A stretch of DNA of 64,000 nt from assembly GCA_963716395.1 (NCBI GenBank), contig OY970309.1:3520001-3584000 (forward strand). The letters are read 5' to 3'. A program made the translations under genes and the position numbers. Under the pieces are notes generated by a model. It saw nothing but the letters and a program-made list of their open reading frames with translations. It was not told where the DNA came from and ran no database searches. This DNA is from an uncultured Fibrobacteria bacterium (GTDB lineage: Bacteria; Fibrobacterota; Fibrobacteria; UBA11236). Below, piece by piece: positions 29,116 to 37,232 of this stretch; positions within the stretch are counted from its first letter, which is position 1, and every line of letters starts with the position of its first letter.

Positions 29116-30075
29116 TCAGGTTGTTATGACGGTTTTCACATCCTGGTGTTCGGCCAGACGGCGCCGCACCCGGTCGGCGATTTGGGCGCCGGTAAAGCCT
29201 TCGTGCGACAAAACATCGGGCAAGAGCAGGGGTTTGAACCAATGCCCGTCCAGGGCGATGGGCAATACGGCGCAAGTCATGCCGGCGTCGAGCAAGGTTT
29301 CGGCCACGAGGGATCGCAGGCCGCCGGTTTGGAAATGGTCTTCGATAGTGACGAGCAGTTTGGTCGCGCGTGCGGCTTGCAAAACCGCCTCGGCGTCGAG
29401 GGGAACCAACGAGCGCAGGTTCACCAGACGAACGCCCAGCCCATCGGCCGCCAACAAAGCTTGAGCCCGCGCCGCCTCTTCGAGCAGAAAGCCCGCCACC
29501 AGCAAGGCGACATCGGAGCCGGTCGTCAACACCTCGGCCCGGCCCAAGGTGAATTCCGCAGCATGGGTCACCACGGCTTTGCGCGCATTGTAGCGCACAT
29601 AGGTCGGGTTCGGGCTATTCAGAATTACCGGCAAGGCCCGCAGCAGTTCTTCTTCATCGGCGGGAAAAACGATTTCCATCCCCGGAATGGTCCGCAAAAT
29701 GGCGAGGTCTTCCAGGGCCTGATGCGTAGGACCATTGCCATCGGAAAGAAATCCGGCCACACCGCCGATCAGCTTCACCGGCAGATGCGCGATGCCGACG
29801 TCGGTGCGGATGAATTCGTAAGCGCGCAAGGTCAAAAACGTGGCTAGCGCATGCACCACCGGCACGCGCCCCCGCAAGGCCAGCCCGGCCGCCATACCCA
29901 CCATGGTTTGTTCGCAGATGCCGACGTCGATGAAGCGCTCGCCCAGTTTTTCGGGCAGGTTGCGAATGGCCGCGCGGTTCTCAGCCGTCATGACCACGAT
30001 GCGTGGATCAGCCAGACACAAACGCAAGAGAAGACTTTCGTAAGTTTCTGCTGATATTTGACTTGCAGCAATCAT
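29116..30075 (-). CDS. Transketolase, C-terminal subunit
   Basis: RFIDVGICEQ, RAYEFIR, GPTHQALED, TIEDH..GGL. Confidence 0.92.
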   Translation of the reverse strand: MIAASQISAETYESLLLRLCLADPRIVVMTAENRAAIRNLPEKLGERFIDVGICEQTMVGMAAGLALRGRVPVVHALATFLTLRAYEFIRTDVGIAHLPVKLIGGVAGFLSDGNGPTHQALEDLAILRTIPGMEIVFPADEEELLRALPVILNSPNPTYVRYNARKAVVTHAAEFTLGRAEVLTTGSDVALLVAGFLLEEAARAQALLAADGLGVRLVNLRSLVPLDAEAVLQAARATKLLVTIEDHFQTGGLRSLVAETLLDAGMTCAVLPIALDGHWFKPLLLPDVLSHEGFTGAQIADRVRRRLAEHQDVKTVITT

Positions 30076-30929
30076 CGCACAACCAAGGTCTCGGAGGTCA
30101 AGGTCGCCTTGGCCTGCCCATGCAATTCGGCCAGCAGCGAAGCGACTTCATCATGGGTGAAATTTACGAACCAGCGGTCGGCGCGTCGCTCGATGCTGGG
30201 CAAGCCCTTACCGCGCACCGTGCGCGCAATGACCGCCTGAGGTCGCCCGTCGGTTGCCTGCGAGAGTCCGCGTTCCAAGTCGTTGAAGGAATGCCCGTCG
30301 ACCGTGGTGGTGTGGAATCCGAAGGCGGCCAACTTGTCGCTCAAAGGCTCCAAGGGGATTAAATCTTCGGTGCGGATGTTGGCCTGGAATTCATTGCGGT
30401 CGACGATCATCACCAGGTTGTCGAGCCGCTTGGCCGAAGCGACCAGCATGGCTTCCCACATCGAGCCTTCGTTCAGTTCGCCGTCGCCGACCACCACGAA
30501 CACGCGGTTTTTTCCCCCGCGCAATTTGATGTCCAGGGCGATGCCCATGGATACCGAGAGCAGATGCCCCAGCGACCCGGAATGGAATTCGATTCCCGGA
30601 ATGGAGCGATTGGGATGCCAATAAATCGAATCGTTCGGGCGCAGATGGTTGCGCAGGCGCTCCACCGGAAAAAATCCCGATTCGGCCAGCACGCCGTAGA
30701 GGGCGGGAACATCGTGGCCCTTGGACAAGAGCAGGTAATCGCGGTTCGGATCGCCGGCCGTTTCGGGTGACACGCGCAACACGCGGCCGTACAGATAGAC
30801 GAGCAAATCGGTGCATGACAGGGAGGCGCCGATGAAACAGCCGCCGTCGGTGGACATGCGCAGGATGTGTTCGCGCACCCGCAGCGCCCGGGCTTCGAGA
30901 TCACGGAAACGTTGGGCGTCGGCGGTCAT
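30072..30929 (-). CDS. Transketolase, N-terminal ThDP-binding subunit
   Basis: LSKGH, GSLGH, ThDP motif GDGELNEG...DRN, DGH, TVRGKG. Confidence 0.92.
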   Translation of the reverse strand: MTADAQRFRDLEARALRVREHILRMSTDGGCFIGASLSCTDLLVYLYGRVLRVSPETAGDPNRDYLLLSKGHDVPALYGVLAESGFFPVERLRNHLRPNDSIYWHPNRSIPGIEFHSGSLGHLLSVSMGIALDIKLRGGKNRVFVVVGDGELNEGSMWEAMLVASAKRLDNLVMIVDRNEFQANIRTEDLIPLEPLSDKLAAFGFHTTTVDGHSFNDLERGLSQATDGRPQAVIARTVRGKGLPSIERRADRWFVNFTHDEVASLLAELHGQAKATLTSETLVVR

Positions 30930-31741
30930 GTTCCCTCGTACAGCACGGTTTCGTGGCGGCCCACGGTGCGCAGCTCGCCGAGATGGCGGCGATACCAATT
31001 CACCCCGGCCAGGCGCGTGTTGATCTGAAAAATATCCGGGCGTTGTTCCAAGAGCTGCAGAATATGTTCGAGCGCAAAAGGCGCCGCTCCTTCGGTATAC
31101 AACGCGTCGTAGACGGCTTGGATAAAGTCATAGTCGGCTTGGTAATCGAGGGTGAAGCGGTGGCTCATCGACAAATCCCGGCCGCTTTCCCACACCACGT
31201 TTTCTACCCGGAATCGCCCGGGTTGATCCCAGATGTAAGGCGTCGTGTGTTCGCGCTCGAAATCGCGGGCGGCCTCGCGCCAGGCGGTTTCCAGCACGGG
31301 CATGGTCATGATCTCCACATCGTTCCCGTCGGGATAAGATGCCGGATGCAGGTTGCTGACAAAATCGATGCCCGCACCCGCGGCCACATCGCGGAAACGC
31401 GCCGCCACGCGGTCGATGATGCGCGGATCGATGAGCGGACAATCCGAGGGGATCTTGGCCACGGCTTCGGCGCCGCGTTCGCCGGCAGCGCGAAAATGCC
31501 GGTCCAGCAAATCGGCGGGATGGCCGGAATACACGGGAACGCCGAGCCGCCGGCACAATTCGCGGATGGGATCGTCCGTCGGGCTGATGGTGGTGGCTAC
31601 AATCACGTCGTCCAAAGTGGACGCGGCGCGCACGCGTTCGAGCATGCGTTCGAGCAGCGGTTTGCCCTGCAACGGCAGCATCACTTTATGGGGCAGACGC
31701 GTCGAGTCCATGCGCGCCTGGACCACCGCCACCAACTTCAC
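30926..31741 (-). CDS. SpsF-like cytidylyltransferase (CMP-ulosonate synthetase family)
   Basis: VQARMDSTRLPHKV, DCPLIDP, YPDG.DVE, REHTT, RFTLDY..D. Confidence 0.88.
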   Translation of the reverse strand: MKLVAVVQARMDSTRLPHKVMLPLQGKPLLERMLERVRAASTLDDVIVATTISPTDDPIRELCRRLGVPVYSGHPADLLDRHFRAAGERGAEAVAKIPSDCPLIDPRIIDRVAARFRDVAAGAGIDFVSNLHPASYPDGNDVEIMTMPVLETAWREAARDFEREHTTPYIWDQPGRFRVENVVWESGRDLSMSHRFTLDYQADYDFIQAVYDALYTEGAAPFALEHILQLLEQRPDIFQINTRLAGVNWYRRHLGELRTVGRHETVLYEGT

Positions 31742-32817
31742 ACGGCCGCCATTTCCCGAACCGGAGCGCGCTGGGCCCCTTTGCGGCGGGCCATTAGTTC
31801 CTCCAACGGTTCGTTCAGCACCTGGCGGCAAACGGCGGCGATGCTGCGGGCGGCGCGGCCGCCTTGCACGGGCAAGAGACGGCGCAACTCTTCGACATTG
31901 GCTTTGGCATGCACTTCTTTGCCCAGGGCCAGCCCGACATAGGCCAAGGTGGAGTATTGCACGATGAGGACGCGGCAATTGGCGACCATTTCCTCGGCGT
32001 TGCCCGAGGTATAGACCAAAGCTCCCGGCGCATCGCGTTCGATTTCCCGCGTATTGCGAACATGGTTTTCGTTCGGGTGCAATTTGAAAATCAACTTTCG
32101 TCCCGCGGCGATCTGCACGCACTCGCGAATGAACCGCTTGCGGTTGTCGAATTTCCAGGTCTCGCGGGTGTCGGAAGTGCAGACCAGCACGTAATCGCGA
32201 TGGGGAAAATCGTTCTGGTGATAGCGGGCGCAATCATCGAAGTTGGGGATGCCAGTGACCACGATGCGGTCGGCGGGCGCGCCCTTGCGGATGAACAGTT
32301 CGCGGTATCGTTCGCTGGCCACACAGAAGCGGTCGTAAAGCCCGCTGGTACCGGTTCCCGAGGTTCCGGCCAGATACACCGGCAGAAAGGGAAACAATTT
32401 TCGCAGGTGAAAGCCGAAGCCTTCGGGGTCGGTCATCCCTTCTTGCACCAGCACGACGCGATGTCCGCGGATGTTCTTGGGAACGATGAGATCCGAGGCG
32501 GTGACCACCAGATCCCAGTCGCCGCTGCGGCCTTCCCAATCCAATTTGACACCGCGTGATTTCAGGAGTTCGAGGCTATCCTGACGCCACGAATGACCAA
32601 GAATGGTCCATTCCACCAGCCGCAGCCGGCGCGCGGCCTCCAGGAAACCATCGCAATAATAGGGGGTGAAGTGGGCGTCGATATTGGGCAAGGCCGCAGC
32701 CACAGCCAACATCTGCTTGGTTTGATTCACCGATCCGCCGATGAAAAGTACCCGGGGGGTAGCGCGCACGGCCTCGCTGGGAATATTCGCGAAGAGGGTG
32801 GCTGTATTCATCCGCAT
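31738..32817 (-). CDS. Hypothetical GT-B-like protein, putative CMP-ulosonate transferase
   Basis: QEG, VTGIPNFD, FKLHPNE and YST..ALGK resemble the D/E-D/E-G, HP and S(S/T) motifs of bacterial sialyltransferases; first gene of the operon. Confidence 0.55.
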   Translation of the reverse strand: MRMNTATLFANIPSEAVRATPRVLFIGGSVNQTKQMLAVAAALPNIDAHFTPYYCDGFLEAARRLRLVEWTILGHSWRQDSLELLKSRGVKLDWEGRSGDWDLVVTASDLIVPKNIRGHRVVLVQEGMTDPEGFGFHLRKLFPFLPVYLAGTSGTGTSGLYDRFCVASERYRELFIRKGAPADRIVVTGIPNFDDCARYHQNDFPHRDYVLVCTSDTRETWKFDNRKRFIRECVQIAAGRKLIFKLHPNENHVRNTREIERDAPGALVYTSGNAEEMVANCRVLIVQYSTLAYVGLALGKEVHAKANVEELRRLLPVQGGRAARSIAAVCRQVLNEPLEELMARRKGAQRAPVREMAAV

Positions 32818-33139
32818 ATCTCCCCGGAATTCTGCCGCGTCCGCATGGTTGAGGAAAAGGTAAAAGTAAAATGCGCCAGGTTGCGGACTGGGAGATTATC
32901 CCGGAAGGTTTCGCTCAAGCTGGAGAGTCCCACTGGGATGAAGCAAAAAGCATCGGCGCCCGACACGCAGCGTTGTGAGCCGGCCAAAGGCGGGTCCGAA
33001 GGGTTATGTTTCCACACTTTGCAGCAAAAGCGAAATCTTCGGCAAGGTGAAGACCAAAAATGAACATCATCCTTCTTAAGAAGCCGGAACTAGATAATTC
33101 TTTGCCCTGATTCCTGTCAAAAAATCGGCCTATCCTTCA

Positions 33140-33169
33140 CTACGGCAACTACTCCTACGGCAACTACTC
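33140..33169. repeat. 15-bp perfect tandem repeat upstream of a minus-strand TTGACA
   Basis: ctacggcaactactc twice; TTGACA on the minus strand at 33120-33115 points toward the ulosonate operon. Confidence 0.6.
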
Positions 33170-33436
33170 GGAAAAAAAACTTTGCGGCCAAAGGACAATC
33201 GATCGCATACGGCTGAGAGCGAGTTCATCCGACGTGGAAACCTGTAGTCGAACACTTCGTTTTCATACGGGCGGAGGCACTCCCTTAACCGCGCGTATGG
33301 GCGGGAACTCCACTGGAAACGTGCGTGCCGGTGAAATATCCGGTTTGGGGTGTTTGGGCTTCCGGCTTTATCATAAGTCATTCTGTGGCATGCACTTAAA
33401 TTCAAAAAAAAGTGCTATACTCTGGTCGCGCCAACC

Positions 33437-33745
33437 ATGGGTAACGTCACCAAAAAAGATATAGTCGACGCCATCGCGGCGCGAACCGGCTTGACCCAGG
33501 TCGACACCAAGATCATTGTCGAGTGTTTTCTCGACTCCATCGCCAAATCGCTGCGCGAAGGCAAGAACATTGAAATCCGCGGCTTCGGGCGCTTCAAGGT
33601 GAAAGAGAAAAAGGCCCGTCTGGCCCGCAATCCGCGCACCGGCGATACCGTGCAAATCGAAGCCGGATTCAAACCGATCTTCGAAGCCAGCAAGGAATTA
33701 AAAGGCCTGTTGAACGACGGCGATTCCACCGCCCGCTCGCAATAG
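33437..33745 (+). CDS. hup: HU/IHF family DNA-binding protein
   Basis: TKKDIVDAIA, IEIRGFGRF, ARNPRTG, PIFEASKELK; extended -10 TGCTATACT at 33413-33421. Confidence 0.93.
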   Translation: MGNVTKKDIVDAIAARTGLTQVDTKIIVECFLDSIAKSLREGKNIEIRGFGRFKVKEKKARLARNPRTGDTVQIEAGFKPIFEASKELKGLLNDGDSTARSQ

Positions 33746-33836
33746 TCGCCGCCCGCGGTTGGCGCAGCCACCGCGCCGCTTCCGGGCGGCTCGCGGCACC
33801 GTCATCGGATTGCGATAGGTTCTAAATTCACCGCCA

Positions 33837-34289
33837 ATGGGATTGATCACGGTCGAGAACCGCAAAGCGCGCCACGAATACCATGTTCTGGAAACCTTTG
33901 AAACCGGCATCGCGCTGCGGGGTACCGAAGTCAAGTCGGTGCGCATGGGCAAGCTCTCCTTGACCGAATCCTTCGTGGCCGTGCGCGGCAGCGAGCTTTT
34001 CCTGGTCAATGCGCATATCGACGAATACACCAAAGGCAACATTTTCAACCATCCGCCCCGCCGCGAGCGCAAATTGCTGGCGCATCGCAAGGAGATTTTG
34101 GAAATGGAGGAGGCGGTGACGCGTAAAGGCATGACCCTGATTCCGCTCAAAGCCTATTTCAAAGGCGACGTGCTCAAGGTGCTGGTCGCGATTTGCAAGG
34201 GCAAAGCCGCCCACGACAAACGCGCCGACAAAGCCAAACAGGAGGCGCAACGGGAAATCGCCCGGGCGTTGCGGGCCCAAAACCGGTGA
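33837..34289 (+). CDS. smpB: SsrA-binding protein
   Basis: NRKARHEY, GIALRGTEVKSVR, RERKLL.HRKEI, GK..HDKR. Confidence 0.97.
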   Translation: MGLITVENRKARHEYHVLETFETGIALRGTEVKSVRMGKLSLTESFVAVRGSELFLVNAHIDEYTKGNIFNHPPRRERKLLAHRKEILEMEEAVTRKGMTLIPLKAYFKGDVLKVLVAICKGKAAHDKRADKAKQEAQREIARALRAQNR

Positions 34290-35785
34290 AGTGGATTCGC
34301 AGTTTACGTCTGACGCTGGGCGCGGCATGCCTGTTCGGCGGGTGGCCCGCCGCGGCCATGACTTTCGGCCCATTGCATTCGGGTTCGGTGTCTTTTGCCG
34401 GCGGCGATTTCACCGACACGGTTTTCGCGGGTCAAGCCTACGTTTCCACGGCCTTGCTCGACAGCCTGTTCGGAGGCTCGGAACTTTGGCATCCGGCCTT
34501 GCAGCAACTGGAGTTGCGCGATGCCCACGGCCGGGTCTGGCTCATCACCCTGGGAAATCCCTTCATCTCCATCGCGGGCAAGCTCTTCAACCTCACCGAT
34601 CCCGTGCAGCGCGGGCCGGAAACGATCTATCTGCCGCTGGCACCGCTGCAACGGTTGCTGCGCGTGCGCTTCGGCATCGACTGGAAGGCCGCCGACGAAA
34701 CTTCGGCCGCAAGCCGAGAGCCCACGGGCGACATCATCGGCATCGAAATCGGAAAAAGGAACGGCGGGGCCTGGGTGTGGGTGCAAACCACATCGCCTTT
34801 GCGCTGGGAAGGGATTTCCACCGATTCGCAATACCTGCTGAAACTGCGGGGGGCCGCCTTGGCCCCGGATTGCCCGCGCCAGGTGGCGGGGTCTGGTTTT
34901 GTGACCAGCGTCACGGCATTGCAGGAAATGGATGCCGTGCAATTCTCCCTGGGCACGGACTCGGCGGTGGATTCGGTGGAAACGGTCCGGGAACCGAATC
35001 GTTGGGGGTTTCATCTGATCGCAGCCATGCCGCCAGCTCCGGAAACCGCCGCGGCCGCGGTGCGTCTGCCCGATCGCCATTCCCGCGAAACGCCCACGGT
35101 CATTCTCGATCCCGGACATGGCGGCAAGGATCGGGGGGCCTCATACCACGGCGTGGAAGAAGCCGTGATCACTTTGGCCGTGGCCAAAGACCTGCAAAAA
35201 GACCTGCAAGACCAGGGCTATCGCGTGCTTTTGACCCGCGACGATGACACGTATAAAACCCTGGCGGAAAGGCCGAAGTTCGCGTCGGACCACCATGGCG
35301 ACCTTTTCCTGAGCCTGCATTGCAATTCGTTGCCCGGCCCGCCGAGCCGCTTTCAATCGGTCTCGGGGTCCACGGTGTACATCCTGCGCGCCGGCGCCAG
35401 CGACGAAGACAAGGCCCTGGCCCGGCGCGAAAACCAGGCGGTCGAAGAGGAGAGCGGTAAAGCCGACAAAACCGATATTTCGCCGGTGGACTGGATTCTA
35501 CTGGAGCATCAATTGAACCTCTACAGCAAACAAAGCGAAGCGCTGGCCGAGTCCATCGTGCACAGCTTTCAGGGCTTTGAAATCCCCAAGTATTCCACGG
35601 GCGCGCGCCAAGCCGGGTTCTTCGTGCTGGTCGGAGCCTATATGCCCGCGGCCTTGTTCGAAATGGGATTTCTCACCAACAACCACGATCGCCGCATTCT
35701 GAATTCCGCCTCGGGTCAACACGCCATCGCCCGTCGGTTGGCCGCGGCCATCGAACGCTTTCTGCCGGACCAGGCGGAGAAATAA
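34286..35785 (+). CDS. N-acetylmuramoyl-L-alanine amidase (Amidase_3) with N-terminal domains
   Basis: Signal peptide; ILDPGHGGKD, LTRDDD, SLHCNS, LFEMGFLTN; GTGA overlap with smpB. Confidence 0.92.
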   Translation: MKWIRSLRLTLGAACLFGGWPAAAMTFGPLHSGSVSFAGGDFTDTVFAGQAYVSTALLDSLFGGSELWHPALQQLELRDAHGRVWLITLGNPFISIAGKLFNLTDPVQRGPETIYLPLAPLQRLLRVRFGIDWKAADETSAASREPTGDIIGIEIGKRNGGAWVWVQTTSPLRWEGISTDSQYLLKLRGAALAPDCPRQVAGSGFVTSVTALQEMDAVQFSLGTDSAVDSVETVREPNRWGFHLIAAMPPAPETAAAAVRLPDRHSRETPTVILDPGHGGKDRGASYHGVEEAVITLAVAKDLQKDLQDQGYRVLLTRDDDTYKTLAERPKFASDHHGDLFLSLHCNSLPGPPSRFQSVSGSTVYILRAGASDEDKALARRENQAVEEESGKADKTDISPVDWILLEHQLNLYSKQSEALAESIVHSFQGFEIPKYSTGARQAGFFVLVGAYMPAALFEMGFLTNNHDRRILNSASGQHAIARRLAAAIERFLPDQAEK

Positions 35786-35814
35786 GGCCGAACCCGTTGC
35801 GCGCGGCCGCCCTT

Positions 35815-36459
35815 TTATGCCGGCGGCACGGGAAAGCCTTGCGCGCCCAGCAAGGGCACGAAGCGGCAGTCCCCCAAGTCGGATTCAATAAATTTGTCAC
35901 CGTGACGCTCGACACAAAATAGACGCTGCAAGTCGCGGCCGCCCGAGGGAATCACCAATCGGCCGCCGTCGGCGAGCTGGCGCTTCAACGACTCCGACAC
36001 CGCCGGTGCGCCGGCCGCCACTAGAATGCGATCGAAAGGGGCCCAGCTTTCCCAGCCGGCGCTGCCGTCTCCGATTTTATAAATCACGTTGCGATAACCG
36101 AGTTGTTCGAGCAGGGCCTGGGCCCGGCGGGACAAGGCGGCGATGCGTTCCACCGTGTAGAGTCGCGGCGTATATTCGGCCAGCACGGCGGTTTGATAGC
36201 CCGAGCCCGTGCCGATCTCGAGGATTTTGTCGCCGGAGCGTGGCGCCAGGGCATGGGTCATCATGGCCACGATGGTGGGCTGGGAAATGGTTTGATCCAG
36301 GCCGATGGGAAGCGCCGTGTCTTGATAGGCTTTGTCGCGCAAGGCCGAATCGAGAAACAGATGCCGCGGAATATCCTGCAAAATACGGCGCAAAGTGGCG
36401 TCTTCGATGCCCAGGCGCTGGAAGACGCCTGCGACCATGTCGTGGCGCCCGCGGCTCAT
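35815..36459 (-). CDS. pcm: Protein-L-isoaspartate O-methyltransferase
   Basis: PRHLF, AYQDTALPIG..QTISQP, LEIGTGSGYQ, GDGS.GW, FVPL; alternative start 36468. Confidence 0.95.
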   Translation of the reverse strand: MSRGRHDMVAGVFQRLGIEDATLRRILQDIPRHLFLDSALRDKAYQDTALPIGLDQTISQPTIVAMMTHALAPRSGDKILEIGTGSGYQTAVLAEYTPRLYTVERIAALSRRAQALLEQLGYRNVIYKIGDGSAGWESWAPFDRILVAAGAPAVSESLKRQLADGGRLVIPSGGRDLQRLFCVERHGDKFIESDLGDCRFVPLLGAQGFPVPPA

Positions 36460-37148
36460 CGCGTCCATGCCGTGCTCCGCAGCATGCGCATAAAGCGCCA
36501 GGTGTCGCGGTAAAGGCGCATGTGGCTGCCGCCTCCGGTATACACGGTTTGCACCGATACCGCGGCGATGGCATGGCCGCCGCGGCCGCACAGCACCAGA
36601 GCCTGCGCCTCCCATTCGAACCGGCCTTCGCGCGCATAGGCGGGAAGCAAATCGGTGCGATAGGCGCGCAGGCCGCATTGGGCATCGAAAACCGGCCGGC
36701 CCGCGGCGCGCGACACCAGCCACGTGCTGCACGCATTGCTGAAGCGCCGGTGCCAGGGCATGGCGGTACCGCGCCGGGCACGCCGGCCCACCACGATCCC
36801 GGCCTCCGGACCGGGTGCGAAATCCAGAAAGCGATCCAAATCAGCACCGGTATGCTGGCCATCGGCGTCGGCCGTCAACGCCCATTCCCATCCCGCCGCC
36901 CGGCCGTGCAACATTCCCGTCATCAAAGCCGCCCCCTTGCCCCGGTTGCCCGCATGCCGCAGACAAACCACGCCGTGGGATTCGGCCGCGGCCGCCGTGC
37001 CATCGGTGGAACCGTCGTCCACCACCACGATTTTTTCTTTGGGAACCCGGCGCGCCAGATCCTGGAGCACCGCGGGCAGGGTGCGCGCGGCTTGAAAGGC
37101 CGGAATCACCAGGCCCGGCGCCGTGGCTTTCAAGGGAATCGCGTGCAT
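36456..37148 (-). CDS. GT2 glycosyltransferase (DPM-synthase-like)
   Basis: VIPAF, VVDDGSTDGT, NRGKGAAL, DADGQH, DAQCGLR. Confidence 0.9.
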   Translation of the reverse strand: MHAIPLKATAPGLVIPAFQAARTLPAVLQDLARRVPKEKIVVVDDGSTDGTAAAAESHGVVCLRHAGNRGKGAALMTGMLHGRAAGWEWALTADADGQHTGADLDRFLDFAPGPEAGIVVGRRARRGTAMPWHRRFSNACSTWLVSRAAGRPVFDAQCGLRAYRTDLLPAYAREGRFEWEAQALVLCGRGGHAIAAVSVQTVYTGGGSHMRLYRDTWRFMRMLRSTAWTR

Positions 37149-37232
37149 AACAGCAGGCAGGAAATGTAGCTCGCGTTTCGCGGCCACGGCGCTTTTGGCG
37201 GAGGCGCTGAAGGCGGTGCTACAATGGAATCC

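Noticed and set aside
33746-33836. tmRNA next to smpB
   Set aside because: Too short, and no tRNA-like GGGG 5' or CCACCA 3' ends
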